DNA of 63,117 bases, the filler included, from Rhabdomonas costata (lineage: Eukaryota), in NCBI GenBank assembly GCA_019059605.1. It is 30 parts of 30 records of this genome, joined end to end, with 100 filler letters (N's around TTAATTAATTAA, not from the genome) between each part and the next. Parts side by side here need not be neighbours in the genome. Positions count along the whole stretch, not along the records: positions 1 to 2,011 come from JAHMHO010006479.1; positions 2,112 to 4,121 come from JAHMHO010006480.1; positions 4,222 to 6,230 come from JAHMHO010006481.1; positions 6,331 to 8,338 come from JAHMHO010006482.1; positions 8,439 to 10,445 come from JAHMHO010006483.1; positions 10,546 to 12,552 come from JAHMHO010006484.1; 24 more parts are not named here. One strand, given 5' to 3'. Under the pieces are notes generated by a model. It searched no databases, was not told the DNA's origin, and saw nothing but the letters and a program-made list of their open reading frames with translations. The position numbers and the translations under genes were made by a program. Shown piece after piece: positions 1-11,687 of the stretch (positions are counted from its first letter, which is position 1; each line of letters opens with the position of its first letter).

Positions 1-312
1 GGCGTCGAATGGATCACGAAATCAAAACCCCCACCACATGAACCAGGGGAAATGGAACGATTGACGTCACTAATCCGAACACGCGAACAACTTTACTAGG
101 AGGGATCACTGGGAAGGCCGCCTCGCAACGTCTTTTCAAAGTGGGATGGCGTGCTTCTGGTGTCTTCCTTTTTGTCTCGGTTCGTCAACCTCAATTGCAT
201 TCAGTAAGAGATTTCCAGCTGTTTACCAATGTGACACCATTCTTTACCCGTTTTCTGTAGGTCTGTGATCTCTTTGTCCCGTTTCCGTTTGGCGCGCTCG
301 CTTATTCTCAGG

Positions 313-2011
313 ATGTCAAGGCTCATCACACGCGCGAGCAGCGTAGCGATTGTGGCCATTGTTGTCCTCCTTCTGGCCCCGATGATGCAGACCATACACT
401 CGTCTGGAGTTTCTGGGGTCTCCGATCCCGCCCTGACTTCTCCAAATAGCCAGAACCAAACCACCCCCCGCGCTACCAGGTCCGTCCCAACTAATACACA
501 TACGAAAACTACCAAAGCTGCTCGGAACGCTCCGACACCACCCCCACAGCCCAGGCTACCCACAATGGACCGCCCTGCGGACATCGCCACGCTATGTACC
601 ATGCTCCCAGGGGGCAAGCCTCGGGAAACCCCAATCAAGCTGTACGACGCCTTCCCATTCAGCGATGAGTTCGATGTTATTCGGATTCGTCTGGAGGAGC
701 TGAAGACCGAGGTGTACACCCACATCCTGGGGGAGTCCACTATGACCCACTCTGGGCATCCCAAGCCGCTGTTCAAAGCAGTGCAGAGCAACTACTCTGC
801 GTACAAGATTCGTCGGGTGGAGCCTTACCTGGACCAGTTTCCTTCTGGGGACTTCTGGGCGCGTGAGAGGGGCCAGCGCCAGCTGGCAGCCTCTGCGGGC
901 CTCACGGATGCCGATCCCAGCGATGTGGTTCTTTGCTATGTTTGCCGATCCCAGCGATGTGGTTTCTTGATATACGTTTTCTGGCTTTCTTTACGTCTTT
1001 CCGCAGTTTCATTCCGCTGAAAGACGCCCTTTTGTTCAGCCTTACCCTTTGAAATCTCCACTCTTCCTTCAGGTGGTGGTGTCTGACACCGATGAGATCC
1101 CCTCCCGAAGGTTCGCCTCTGCCCTGCGGTGGTGCACGTTTGACCGCGGCCTGGTCAGCCTGGACATGCCGATGTACTACTACCACATCGGGTGCTATAT
1201 GCATCCATGGCACTTCGGGGTAGCTGCTACGGTAGAAGAGTTCCGACGCCACCCGGGCAACCTGCGCGATGGCTTCGACACTTATCCTCGCTCCGTGTAC
1301 CCCTCTGGTTGGCATCCAGGTATGGGCAAGGGTTGGGATTTAGGTTGTCCGTCGTCAAAGCTCGGTGATAGTTTTCGTAACACCCACTCCTACCTCGTAC
1401 CCCATGTAGCCCCCTCCCCCATCTATGTTAGTTGCTTAGGGTTGGACTAATTGTGCAGTTGTTTGACCCCCACCCGTCCACTCCTTGGCCCTGCCCCTTC
1501 GTTCCAACCAGTTTTGTGCCACCGTATTCCCGTCTTTCTTCACCTTACCCATGTTCTCGCTCTCTGCTCCCAACAGTTCCCTTCTCTGGCCAATTATGCA
1601 GTGCTGCAAATTGCAATTGCTTTTTTATCTTTCGCCATGTGGTCCTCCCTGTGCCTGGAATATCAGGCTACCTTGCTTCTGCCGTGGTGGCGTGGGTGTC
1701 TTGTCGTGGGCGTTCCTCATTCTTTAGGATACTTTCTAAGCGTCAAGGGAATTCAAGCCAAGCTCGCCCGCAACGCCGATGCTTGGGCAATGACCAAGCC
1801 AGAGATCAGCAATGAGGCGAATATTCGCCGTGGTATGGAGCGGTGCGAGAGCTTCTTCAGCGACGGCAAGGCAGTGCACTCCGTGGACCTTTCCTGGCTG
1901 CCCGTGGCCTTCGTGGAGACCCCGGAGCAGTTCACTCAGTTTGTCCCCGAGCTCTTCCAGAAGCACCTCGCGCTTTGCCGCGAGAAGTCCACTCGGGGGG
2001 TTCTGCACCGC
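313..2011 (+). CDS. Glycosyltransferase family 17 (MGAT3/GnT-III-like), type II membrane protein; exons ~313-924, 1073-1319, 1728->2011
   Basis: N-terminal signal anchor and T/P-rich stem, then YDAFPFSDEFDVIRIRLEEL...ESTMTHSGHPKPL, ERGQR, VVSDTDEIP (DxD-type) and GWH..YF...IQAKL motifs typical of GT17. GT-AG junctions restore the frame. Confidence 0.85.
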
Positions 2012-2111
2012 NNNNNNNNNNNNNNNNNNNNNNNNNNNNNNNNNNNNNNNNNNNNTTAATTAATTAANNNNNNNNNNNNNNNNNNNNNNNNNNNNNNNNN
2101 NNNNNNNNNNN
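2012..2111. other. Artificial contig linker (44 N + TTAATTAATTAA + 44 N); first of 29 such linkers spaced about every 2.1 kb
   Basis: The same 100-bp spacer, with stops in all six frames, recurs (e.g. 4122-4221, 6231-6330 ... 61013-61112) and splits the window into 30 contigs of ~2.0 kb. Confidence 0.99.
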
Positions 2112-2747
2112 GTGGTGGTTTCTCTGCTTTGCCTTTTGCCCCTCACTGTCCTTGAGGGGCAAAAGGCAAAGCAGAGAAACGACACGCAATATGCAGGAGA
2201 ACCGTTTGACAGGATGGCACTCTAGTCAGTGGCATGGGTACAATAAAATTTCACAGTTTGTCCTGCTCATAAGTCCTTTCCCATACAGAGGCAGGGGTCG
2301 GTGCCGAACCAGCCCCTTTTCTCATAGAACGAGGACACCGTCTTGTTGCCAGCCTCCACGAACAATGTGGGGCAACGAATGCCCCGCGCCTGCGCCGAAA
2401 AAAGTCTACCGTGACGACTTGATTCTCTTTGATTCTCCGGAACGTGCTTTGTGTTCGGCTGCCGGGAAGGGATCCCTAGATCTTTCTACGTGCTGCACAG
2501 TGGCACACATTTCTTTAGTCATCCAGTGACATTCTTCACTTCACTTCTTTAAAAGGATTGCTGAGGTGAAAAAAGGGTCGGACTTTTGGCAAAAAAAAAT
2601 GCTGTTAACGGCTGGTCACAGAGGACGCAGCAGACGAGGACGCAAGCTAACCTGCAAGAGAGGGTGGAAACGAAAATAGTCACGATGGTGTTTCACTGCA
2701 TCTGAGCGGAAAACAAAGTGAGTCTAGTTCTGGGAAAGGACACGAAC

Positions 2748-2837
2748 CTTAAGCTGGGTCTCCGCCTTGTCCATCAGCATGTTGGCGACACCCTTGTTGC
2801 GGTGTTCAGGATGTACACAAAGGTGGTAAATAAACGC
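2748..2837 (-). CDS. GNAT-family acetyltransferase, internal exon
   Basis: 90-nt exon bounded by cag| and |GTTCGT, encoding AFIYHLCVHPEHRNKGVANMLMDKAETQLK (acetyl-CoA-binding motif A, V.PE.RxxGxA). Confidence 0.8.
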
Positions 2838-3015
2838 CTGTGACGCACCGGTGCACAGGCAACCATGGCACAGATCAAAGGAGAACACACAGAAGAAAAG
2901 AACATATCGACCACTCTCTCGCCTTCCAAGGGAAGGCTCACCCGCTTGTTCCGCTGCTGGTGGGAGCGTGCGTTTCGTGAAGCAAGTGAAATTTAGCACT
3001 GTTGCTGTTGGTCAG

Positions 3016-3377
3016 CGGAGCGATAGCCGTGGCGGAGGAGGCGCTTCGGGCCAACCCTGACGTGGTGCGGGCCGTGCAATGCACCCCGGTGTGCGGGGCC
3101 GTGGACGAGGCCCAGCACCGGACCTGCCAGAAATCCATCGAGCTGCTCCGCGATGAGGTAATTCAGGAAAAGTCAGTGCCCTTGCGCATTTTAGGGGCCC
3201 TCATCGTGTAAACAAACAGCAAGCAGACATTTCAGCACTGCAGCAGACGGCTGTATTGAGGACCCTCTGTCGCCGTCTATTCGCCTCAGGGGGACGTTCC
3301 GCGCGACCTGTTCGTGCTTGCCCCGCAGTACGACCGCAAGAAGAGAGCGGTTGCCCCGTTGAAGCTCATCTTCGCCG
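3016..3377 (+). CDS. Two exons of an unidentified protein
   Basis: GC-rich coding-like blocks (AVAEEALRANPDVVRAVQC...LLRDE | GDVPRDLFVLAPQYDRKK...) with a GAG|GTAATT donor and a ctcag|G acceptor in frame. Confidence 0.5.
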
Positions 3378-5798
3378 GTCCAACCCCCATCCTTCCTCCC
3401 TCTGACCCTCTGAAGGTTGTGGGTTTATTTATAAGGGTTTCTCAGGCTCAGCGTTTGCGGGCTTTCGCTTTTCATCCGTCGTTATCAGAGATGATATCCC
3501 TTCTTCTCAATGTTTGCCTGGAGTGTTGCATTGTATTTGGAAGCATTTCTTTTTTCTGGAAGCAACTGAGCCCACATTGCCTTCGAGAATTTCGTGAGCG
3601 CAAGCATGTCTGTGCTCGCATGGTTGGTTCACTCGGACTCGCACACTGCAGACCGTCTTCGGTCTCTGAGGGCAGAGGTTGAGGAGATGCGCAAGACTGG
3701 GCAAAAGGTTGCCTGTTTCTTTTAAACAGACACACTCACTCACTCACTCACTCATTCAGTCCACAATGGAGCAATGCAGGTAGCCGCTGGAAAAGAGCAG
3801 CACAAAAGCCCGTGACCCGTGGGGCTGAAGGGAGGTTACCATATGTGGAATGTTCGGCGGTGAGCCGGTTCCGGTTCCCCACGGCACCGTTCGCTCCAAC
3901 CTCTCGCGAGCACCCGTGGCCAACAGCGCGTGCGCCAGTCAGTCCACAGTGGTCACCAACAACCAGTCAACCAGGCAACCAGGCAACAGCCATCGCGCAT
4001 TGCGCCCAACACACACACACTCATTCGCTTCCACACTTATTCACACCTTGGTCTTGGTCTTGGAAATCCTCGGCTCCACAACCGCATACCCAAAATATTG
4101 TTATTGCTGAAACACAAAACCNNNNNNNNNNNNNNNNNNNNNNNNNNNNNNNNNNNNNNNNNNNNTTAATTAATTAANNNNNNNNNNNNNNNNNNNNNNN
4201 NNNNNNNNNNNNNNNNNNNNNATTTACTTGGGGGTAAGCCTCGTCTTCGGGATGGTAAGAGGAGTTCCGGTGACGGAGAAGCAAAAAGATCTTGAATTAT
4301 TGACCCTTTTTTACTGTGTGATAGGGCATTTTAAAATCGAGCTTTGTCGTATATTGGACAACACCATCTTCTCTATTGGATAAAGTGGAGCTCTCAAAGT
4401 GAAATTACTTCCATGTCGTACTTATAAAATATCATGCCTCCTGAGATTCACAAGGCAGATGAACGAAGCGGTGACCTTGGACTGGCTCAGCTCCCCTCAT
4501 GACTTACAAGCACTGGTGGAATGCGTTTACTGTACGGATGACATCGGATTGGAAGTTCATAATCACTTCATTTCACAGAAAGCATCTTCAAATGCCATTA
4601 ATCTCTTGTAGACAAATACACTGCCGCCTTATTCTTTCACTTACTTATCAACTACGAAATCTAGTGTACCCAAATCCTCTGCCGCTGGATTTAAGCTTCT
4701 AAACCAGTGTGCCTTTGCCTATCTCTGCTCGCTTACACGGCCTAGAAATTGACATTATTGCAGATCATCTAGAGTCGTTGCAGTTTCAACGTTTTTGACC
4801 ACATTAACAACACTTTCACAATGATTCACATACAAATGTAATCTGCAATTTAAGCCAAGAGAACCTGCATTTTCGTCTGCAGAAGCGTTGAACTGCACAT
4901 ACCAAAAGATAAAGAAGACGTTTAATGGACTCAATTTAGATTAAAATGTCTTTTAAGTGCTGCGTATTAATCAGTCAAAGTAAGTCCTCCGTTAACGGCA
5001 AAACAGGCACAATTTCTCCGTCAGCACATAGCTTTTAAGAGCATTGCTAACGTCATGTAGTACACTTTGCAAACGGAGAGTTTTCATCACTTCCTCCAAA
5101 GATGATAATTATGCATTCTACGGAAACTTCGCACGCACAGTTGCTTTTGACGCAAAATTGTTCATGCTGGGGTCAAATACTTTGCGTTTTTATACAAATA
5201 TTAAATACGCACACCATGAGATGTGTGACATGCCAGTGATCACCTGCACTTGAGAATCTTGCTGCTAATAGAAGAAAGGCTAATTATCACAAAACTACTA
5301 ATCAGCGATGCACTTAAAGTCGAAAAATGAAGGTAAAGGTAAAACTAGCGTTCTCGTGGCTAAAACCGTCCACTTGGCCTAAAGGTTTGGCATTTTTATG
5401 AAGCAGTATTAAGTGAAAATCAATAAAACATCAATAAGGGCGACGCTATTGAAAAGATACGTTTTGTCGATTGTAGTTCAAATCGCACTGATAACATAGA
5501 CATCATCGGTGCAATCGAAAAAAAATCAAGCTCAAATAAAACATGAATAAACTAATTGGCAACGTTTTATTGCAGATTCTTAATAACTGTGCGTAAATAA
5601 TGTGCAAAAATCTAGTGAGCGGCGTTAAGCGTGGTGTCCCTTGATACGCCCCAAAACAAAAAGCTCACCAAACCTTTTTGACTGAAAGCTGTCTCTGGTA
5701 GGCACGCAGATCATCAGCAGCGTCTGCAACAAACCACACTCTCATAAAACGGCACTAGATATACAAAAATCTGCAGATGTAAAATTCAGGATCAGCAT

Positions 5799-6190
5799 CA
5801 ATTAAAAACGTTAGAAGCCTATTTACTGAACGCCAGTCTTTTGTGCACTCCGTATCTGAACTCGCTGCCACATGGGCTGAAATACCTGGACTTATCCTGG
5901 TGCAGGTTTGATGGCACCGCGGACCTGTGCATGCTTCCAAGCAATCTCAGCTTCCTCATTTTGGGCTGCACTTCCTTCATGTGGTCGGTGAACTTCACAC
6001 TTCTCCAGCCAAGGCTTCTGGAAGTGGACCTTTCGAAAAAAAACCTTTTCCAGAGCACGGTGCACGTGGAGGACATGACAAAGCTCTTGTGGATAGCAAA
6101 GTCTCCTGTGTCGTTTGCCACCGCTCGGTGGGATTCAACATGACGCAACTGGACCTAATCTGGAACCACTCAGTGAATCTGCCAAACGTC
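5799..6190 (+). pseudogene. Degenerate leucine-rich-repeat protein
   Basis: Repeats LPHGLKYLDLSWCRFDGTADL, LPSNLSFLIL, RLLEVDLSK fit an LPxxLxxLdLsxNxfxGxvdl LRR pattern. A further repeat (MTQLDLIWNHS) continues in another frame after a stop. Confidence 0.6.
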
Positions 6191-6453
6191 TGCTATTTTC
6201 CCGCAACATTGGCCTTTATTTATATTTTGGNNNNNNNNNNNNNNNNNNNNNNNNNNNNNNNNNNNNNNNNNNNNTTAATTAATTAANNNNNNNNNNNNNN
6301 NNNNNNNNNNNNNNNNNNNNNNNNNNNNNNGGGGGTTTGGGTACCCTGACGAAGCTTTGCTGTTGTTCTGCTCTTTATTGGGCGGTGTGAAAGCCGTCTA
6401 AGAAAAGGAAACCTGTCTTTCCAAAATTTTCCTTCGTTTGTCCATTATGTGAC

Positions 6454-8312
6454 CCAGCCACACCCAGGAGGATGGTGGCCTTCGAGTTGACGACGGTCTC
6501 CATGAGGTCAGGGACCTCGGACTTCTTCTTCCACCCCGCGATCACGTTCGCCTCCTGGCAGAACCGCTCCTTGTAGTCCTCCATCTTCGCGCGGCCCTTG
6601 TACAGCAGCCCCACGCTGTCCAGCACGAAGATCCGAGACACAGCCTCCTCCTGGGTCAGGCCCTCCCGCTTCATCCCCTCCGCAATGATCCAAGCCACAC
6701 CTGGGGAATACCAACACACAAGTGGATGCATGGGTCACCCGGTCAGCGTTCCAGCCAGATTTTGACCGTTCGCCGACCGCAGACCTTTCAGCTCAGTACA
6801 AACAACGACAATGTCCTTTCCCGGTACGCACACCCAGAAGAGAACAGATTTCGTTGGCTTTAATTATTCAAGCATCGTTCACGCACGCGGGAACATATTC
6901 TTGTCTAAGGGATGGCGATGCCCGGTCTGCATCCCAGTGTGGTGAAGGGCTGCGGAGGTGGATTTACCTGCGCCACCGGCGCCAGCGCCCGAGATCACCA
7001 CGATTTGGTCCTTGAGCTTCTGGTTGAGCATCTTGCACGCTGCCACCACGCCGGACAGGGTGACTGCCCCCGTGCCCTGGATGTCATCGTTGAAGGACGA
7101 CACCTGTGGGAACACGCCCCCCCCGAAACATTCCACATCCATTCCACATCGCCCCTCCTTCTCCTCTCAGGAAATTGTGGTACTCTGCACAAAAAAGAAC
7201 CCCCGGGGAACCTCAAATACTGAATACTCGAAAATACTGAAATCTGCTGGATGGAAAGATGATTTGCAAAGATGGGGGCAGGCCTCGTCGCGGAAGCGCT
7301 CCAGGACGGAGAAGGCGGCGTCCTTGGAAAGGTCCTCCCACTGGATGATTGTGCGGGGCCAGTGCTTCTTCACGGCCTGCACGAAGGCCTCAAAGAAGGC
7401 CATGTACTCCTTACCCGTGAGACGGTTGCGCTTCACCCCGAGGTACATGGAGTCCAGCTGCAGGTCCTTGCGGTTGGTGCCCACGTCCATCGCAACCTGC
7501 ACCCCGTGACCCCCCCCCGTTGTGTGCGTGTGCCTCGCGCCAGTCCGGGGGTGGGGCGCACACGCACCTGCATCAAGTACCAGCAGCAACGGAAGACAAG
7601 GTGTGGTAGCAGGTAACCGGGGGAGTGTCCGGCCTTTTCAAGGAAGAAAGCAAGGCAAGAAGGAAGAAGGCGGTGGGGGGGGGAATTCCGGCTTGTGCAT
7701 CACTTCTGGTTTGGGTCACTGGGACAGTGTTTAAAAGTCACGGCATGTTCATGGCTACACGAAAAAGGCTGGCTGCACGAAAAAAGTCAACTATTTGGAA
7801 CGGGAAGCGAAGCTGAACAAGGGAAAAAGACATACAGGGCAAGTCTGGAACGGCGACACGCCGCCTGCCGCGGTGTACAGCGCCAACTTCCCAATTGGAA
7901 TCCCCATTCCACCGTACCCTGAGAAATAGAGGTGCAGAAAGGAAGTAATGGCAGCCCAATGTGGTGTTTCTGAAAACGGCCGCATTTAAACAAGTCAAGT
8001 CCAGTCATTGCTTGGGCGGCGAAGATGAAAGAGCATTAAAAGGAAAAGGGGTTGCAGCGCACAAGAAAAGCCACAAAAAGGCCCGAGAGGTCGTGGTGGG
8101 GAGTGCACACCCTGGTCTCCGATCCCCAGGATGGCCGAGGAGTCCGTAGCGACGATCATGCGGATGTCGGTGAGGTAGTAGTTCTTGACGATTTGGTCCA
8201 CCTTGTGGATGTTGCTGGGCGAGAACGACAACCCTCGGGCCATGTTGTAGAGGTACGAGAACTTCCGGCAGGCCTCACCCACGGTTGGGGTGTAGATGAT
8301 GGGAAGCATCTC
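6454..8312 (-). CDS. NAD(P)-dependent malic enzyme, partial; exons 8312-8111, 7918-7836, 7496-7284, 7103-6968, 6700-~6454
   Basis: Motifs [69 protein letters not shown] and DSVGLL. All junctions join in frame. Confidence 0.96.
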
Positions 8313-8438
8313 CTGAGGCATACAGGCAGACCCCCACANNNNNNNNNNNNNNNNNNNNNNNNNNNNNNNNNNNNNNNNNNNNTTAATTAATTAANNNNNN
8401 NNNNNNNNNNNNNNNNNNNNNNNNNNNNNNNNNNNNNN

Positions 8439-10240
8439 GGGGGTGTGGTGCCGAAGCCCGCGGCGGTGGCTGCTGCAAGGAGGTCGCTGGCAAGCTGGCT
8501 ACGCTGGCCTGAGCTGGTTTGGAGGGGAACCACACTGGTAGTGGACAGGTTAACGGAAGGGGTTCCCAAGGCAGCGGCCAGCTCATCGGCAGGGGCGGCG
8601 GAAGTGGTCAGGTAGACTGTGGAAGACGAGAGCTGGCGCCCAGAGACCTGAGTAAGGATCAGAGCAGCGGAGGATGCCGAGGCGTGAACCACGACTGCGT
8701 CTGGGGGGAACGTCCCCGCGGCGGAGAGCAGCTGGGACACGGTGGTGGAGGCCCCGGCTGAGGACGCGGCGGACAGCGAGGCGTTGCTGATAAGCCTGAG
8801 GGAGACTGCAGATAGGGCTTGGCCCAGAGCCTGAGCGAAGGCCATCCCGTCGGAGCCATCCTCATAGATCAGGGCGACCCGTGTGGCGGCGGTGTTCTGG
8901 ACCAGGTAACGGACCACGGCCTGGGCCTCGTCCAGGAGGGAGACCCGCACGCTGAGCACGGCACGTCGCACGGGCTGGAAGAGGGCGGGGGTTCCGGAGA
9001 GGGCCCCGACCAAAGCAGACCCCGCCGCCACGGCAGCGCTGGCAACAAGCCCCAGGGAGGTAGAGTTTGGGGTATACACCGCGGCCAGGGCGGTGATGTT
9101 GCGTTGCAGCAGAGCCAGGGTGTTGTGCAGGCCAGCGGAGTCATCCGAGGAGCTTTCCACCAACGACAGGAGGTGAAGGCGCTTTCCCGATGATGAGGCC
9201 AGGTTGTGCTCCGCCACGGCCGCGAGAAGCCCACGGTAGGCTAGCAGCCCACTGGAGGAGTTCGCCACGGACTGGCCAAGCACCACGTATTGAGGCAGCG
9301 TTGGAGTCAGGCTGGAGGTATCACAAGAGCAGGAAGACAGCGGGGCCGTGGTGGCCGAGCCAGTTCCCGAGGTGATGTTCGTGATGTACAACTGGTGCAC
9401 CCCTTGCCCGCACGCCGAGGAAAAGCTCAGGCTCACCCCCTGCGAGGTTGTCACCGTGGCAGTGTCCCACAGGGCTTGCAGGAAGGTCTTCGAGGTGCTG
9501 GGGAGCATGACTTGGGCAGCCATGGAGGCCGTCACGGCGGCCTGGCACCACTCCAGAGTGTGGCTCTGCTCGCAGCTCTCCGAGGCGGAAGCGGGGGAGC
9601 TGTGCACAACGAACCCGGAGGCCCACGAGGGAAGTCCAGATGCTGTCGAGGGGAACACCCCAATCATTCCGGAGGCCACCAAGTAGCGGGTGGTGCGCTG
9701 GCCCAGCAGCGGTGCGACGGAGGTCAGGATGGTGCTGGAGTCGGTCACCGAGGCGAAAACTACTACACTGGAGCAGGAGAAGGACCCCGCGGAGGTCAGG
9801 AACTGAGCCGCCACCGTCGCGGAGACCAGTCCGCTTCCCGACGAGGAGAACGAGGCGGAGGCGCACAGCGGCAGCCCGGTTGAGGTGAGGAATCCCGAGA
9901 ACGCCTGCACAAACATCGAGGCCATGGGCATGTCCTGGTCGTAGATGATCCCAAGGTTGGGGCTGGCGGTGTCACCGGAGGTAAGCAGGAACCATAGCGC
10001 GGCGCGGAGGTACTCCGAGACTGCGGCAGAGCTGCGCACGGCGTAGGAGTCGACGAGGGCGCCCTGGAACTCCAGCCCGGGGCCCACGGGGAGCACCACA
10101 ACCCCGCTGGAGGCCCACCCCAGCAGCTGCGTGGAAAGGGTGGAAGTCAGCGGGGGTACGAAGGCCGCGGCAACCGCGGCAAGCTGGGCCGCGGTGGCAG
10201 ATGTGGTGAGGCAGGTTGTGGTGAAGGTCACGGAGGTGGC
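8439..10240 (-). CDS. Large receptor-like protein with type-1 periplasmic-binding-protein (LIVBP/ANF-like) ectodomains, partial
   Basis: ~1.8-kb uninterrupted ORF. VVLGQS...GLLAAVAEHN...GKRLHLLSL...GALSG...LSVRVSLLDEAQAVVRYL...RVALIYED resembles the PBP1 ligand-binding fold. An earlier copy of the motif (YAVRSSAAVSE...LGIIYD) suggests tandem domains. Confidence 0.72.
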
Positions 10241-11687
10241 GTTTTTTTCATTACCCGCTCTCTCCGGTATCTCCAGCACCGTCATCATAAGCCCGTTGGT
10301 CGCTGCCATCCTATCTGCGCGCCATCTGCAGTATTTTAAACCAGAAATGATCCGCATTAAATTGAAAAAAATCACCAAAATCCAAATTATTGGCCTTGCA
10401 AGTTCTTCTAGTCTGCTGCAGGTTGCAGCCATTTGATCGCAAATTNNNNNNNNNNNNNNNNNNNNNNNNNNNNNNNNNNNNNNNNNNNNTTAATTAATTA
10501 ANNNNNNNNNNNNNNNNNNNNNNNNNNNNNNNNNNNNNNNNNNNNTGTGTGTGTGCTTGTGTATGTCTTCCCCAAGATCTTTCCCTCTGTGCTCAATGAT
10601 ATAGATCTTGGGCCGGTTTCATTCCCTCCCCCTGTCATGTTCCGTGCAGTGGCTGAACGCCGCGGAAAAGAATACCCAGCGCCAGCGCTTGTGTACTCGT
10701 CCCGAGTTGAAAGTATATGACGCGAAAGCTGGTAGGTAAGTTAAAATAAGTTGCAAGAAGAGACAGGGCACAGTGCTTTTGCTGTGGTTATTTTGGGATG
10801 GTAGCAGGCGAATGAGCGTTTCAGGGGTTTTGATAGTGAAGGAATCGACATATGTGTGACAACAGTCGGGATATTGTAGATCGGACCATTAGAAATGGCG
10901 AAAAGAACTCGGTCATTTATATGTCATGCTATTGTCGCATGAGTGAGCAATGCGGTTGGGATGTGTCCCGTCTTTTGATGGTATTCACTATCTTTGTCTG
11001 ATATTGTCGCGCGATGTCTCGTTTGTCTTGTTTGCTATCGTTTATTATCTTTTTCGGATGGTGAAAATGTCGTCGTTTTCGGGCTTCCCCAATGCAAATG
11101 CAGGCTGTTCGCAACAGGAACATTTCTTTGGATGGGCATTGCAGGATTTGGTGATGAGGGGATGTCTGGGAACATCATTTTCGTCGAGACGTTCGCTGGC
11201 CTTGAGCCGGACAGATTGAGTGCATTCCACGATTTTCTCACCCAGCGCCGGGCACCTCCGTTGCCGTGTGGGCAAGACAGTTTGCGGGTCACCCAGATCA
11301 TTTCTACATCGTCATCCACTCGGTCATTCTCATCCTCAGAAAATCTGTTCTTGAGGTTTGGTTTTAGGGAAAGATTGAATACCGCCCTGGGGTTATCGGG
11401 AAATTTCTTTGCGCATTTTGTCTTGTTGGTTTTTGGGTCCACTGCGCCACAAAATTTGCCACCGCAAAAAAATGGAGTTTGGGGTGATTAGGGACAAAGG
11501 AATATGGAATTATTCAACCTTTGCGGGCTCGTTTTGTGCGGTGATATGTGAAACAAGCTAATAACGTAATGAATTTAGGACTGTGGTGGATCCAAGATGT
11601 ATCTAGCGCTTGTGAACGCGGCTGTGCCCGTTTATCTTCTACATGCCCTCATCACATCTTCACTGGCGCATTTTCATCGCTGAGCAG

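Noticed and set aside
10994-11491. Overlapping 165-aa (+) and 135-aa (-) ORFs upstream of the RAD17 exons
   Set aside because: No recognisable motifs or clear coding bias. Like most short ORFs in the track they are probably shadow or intronic frames.
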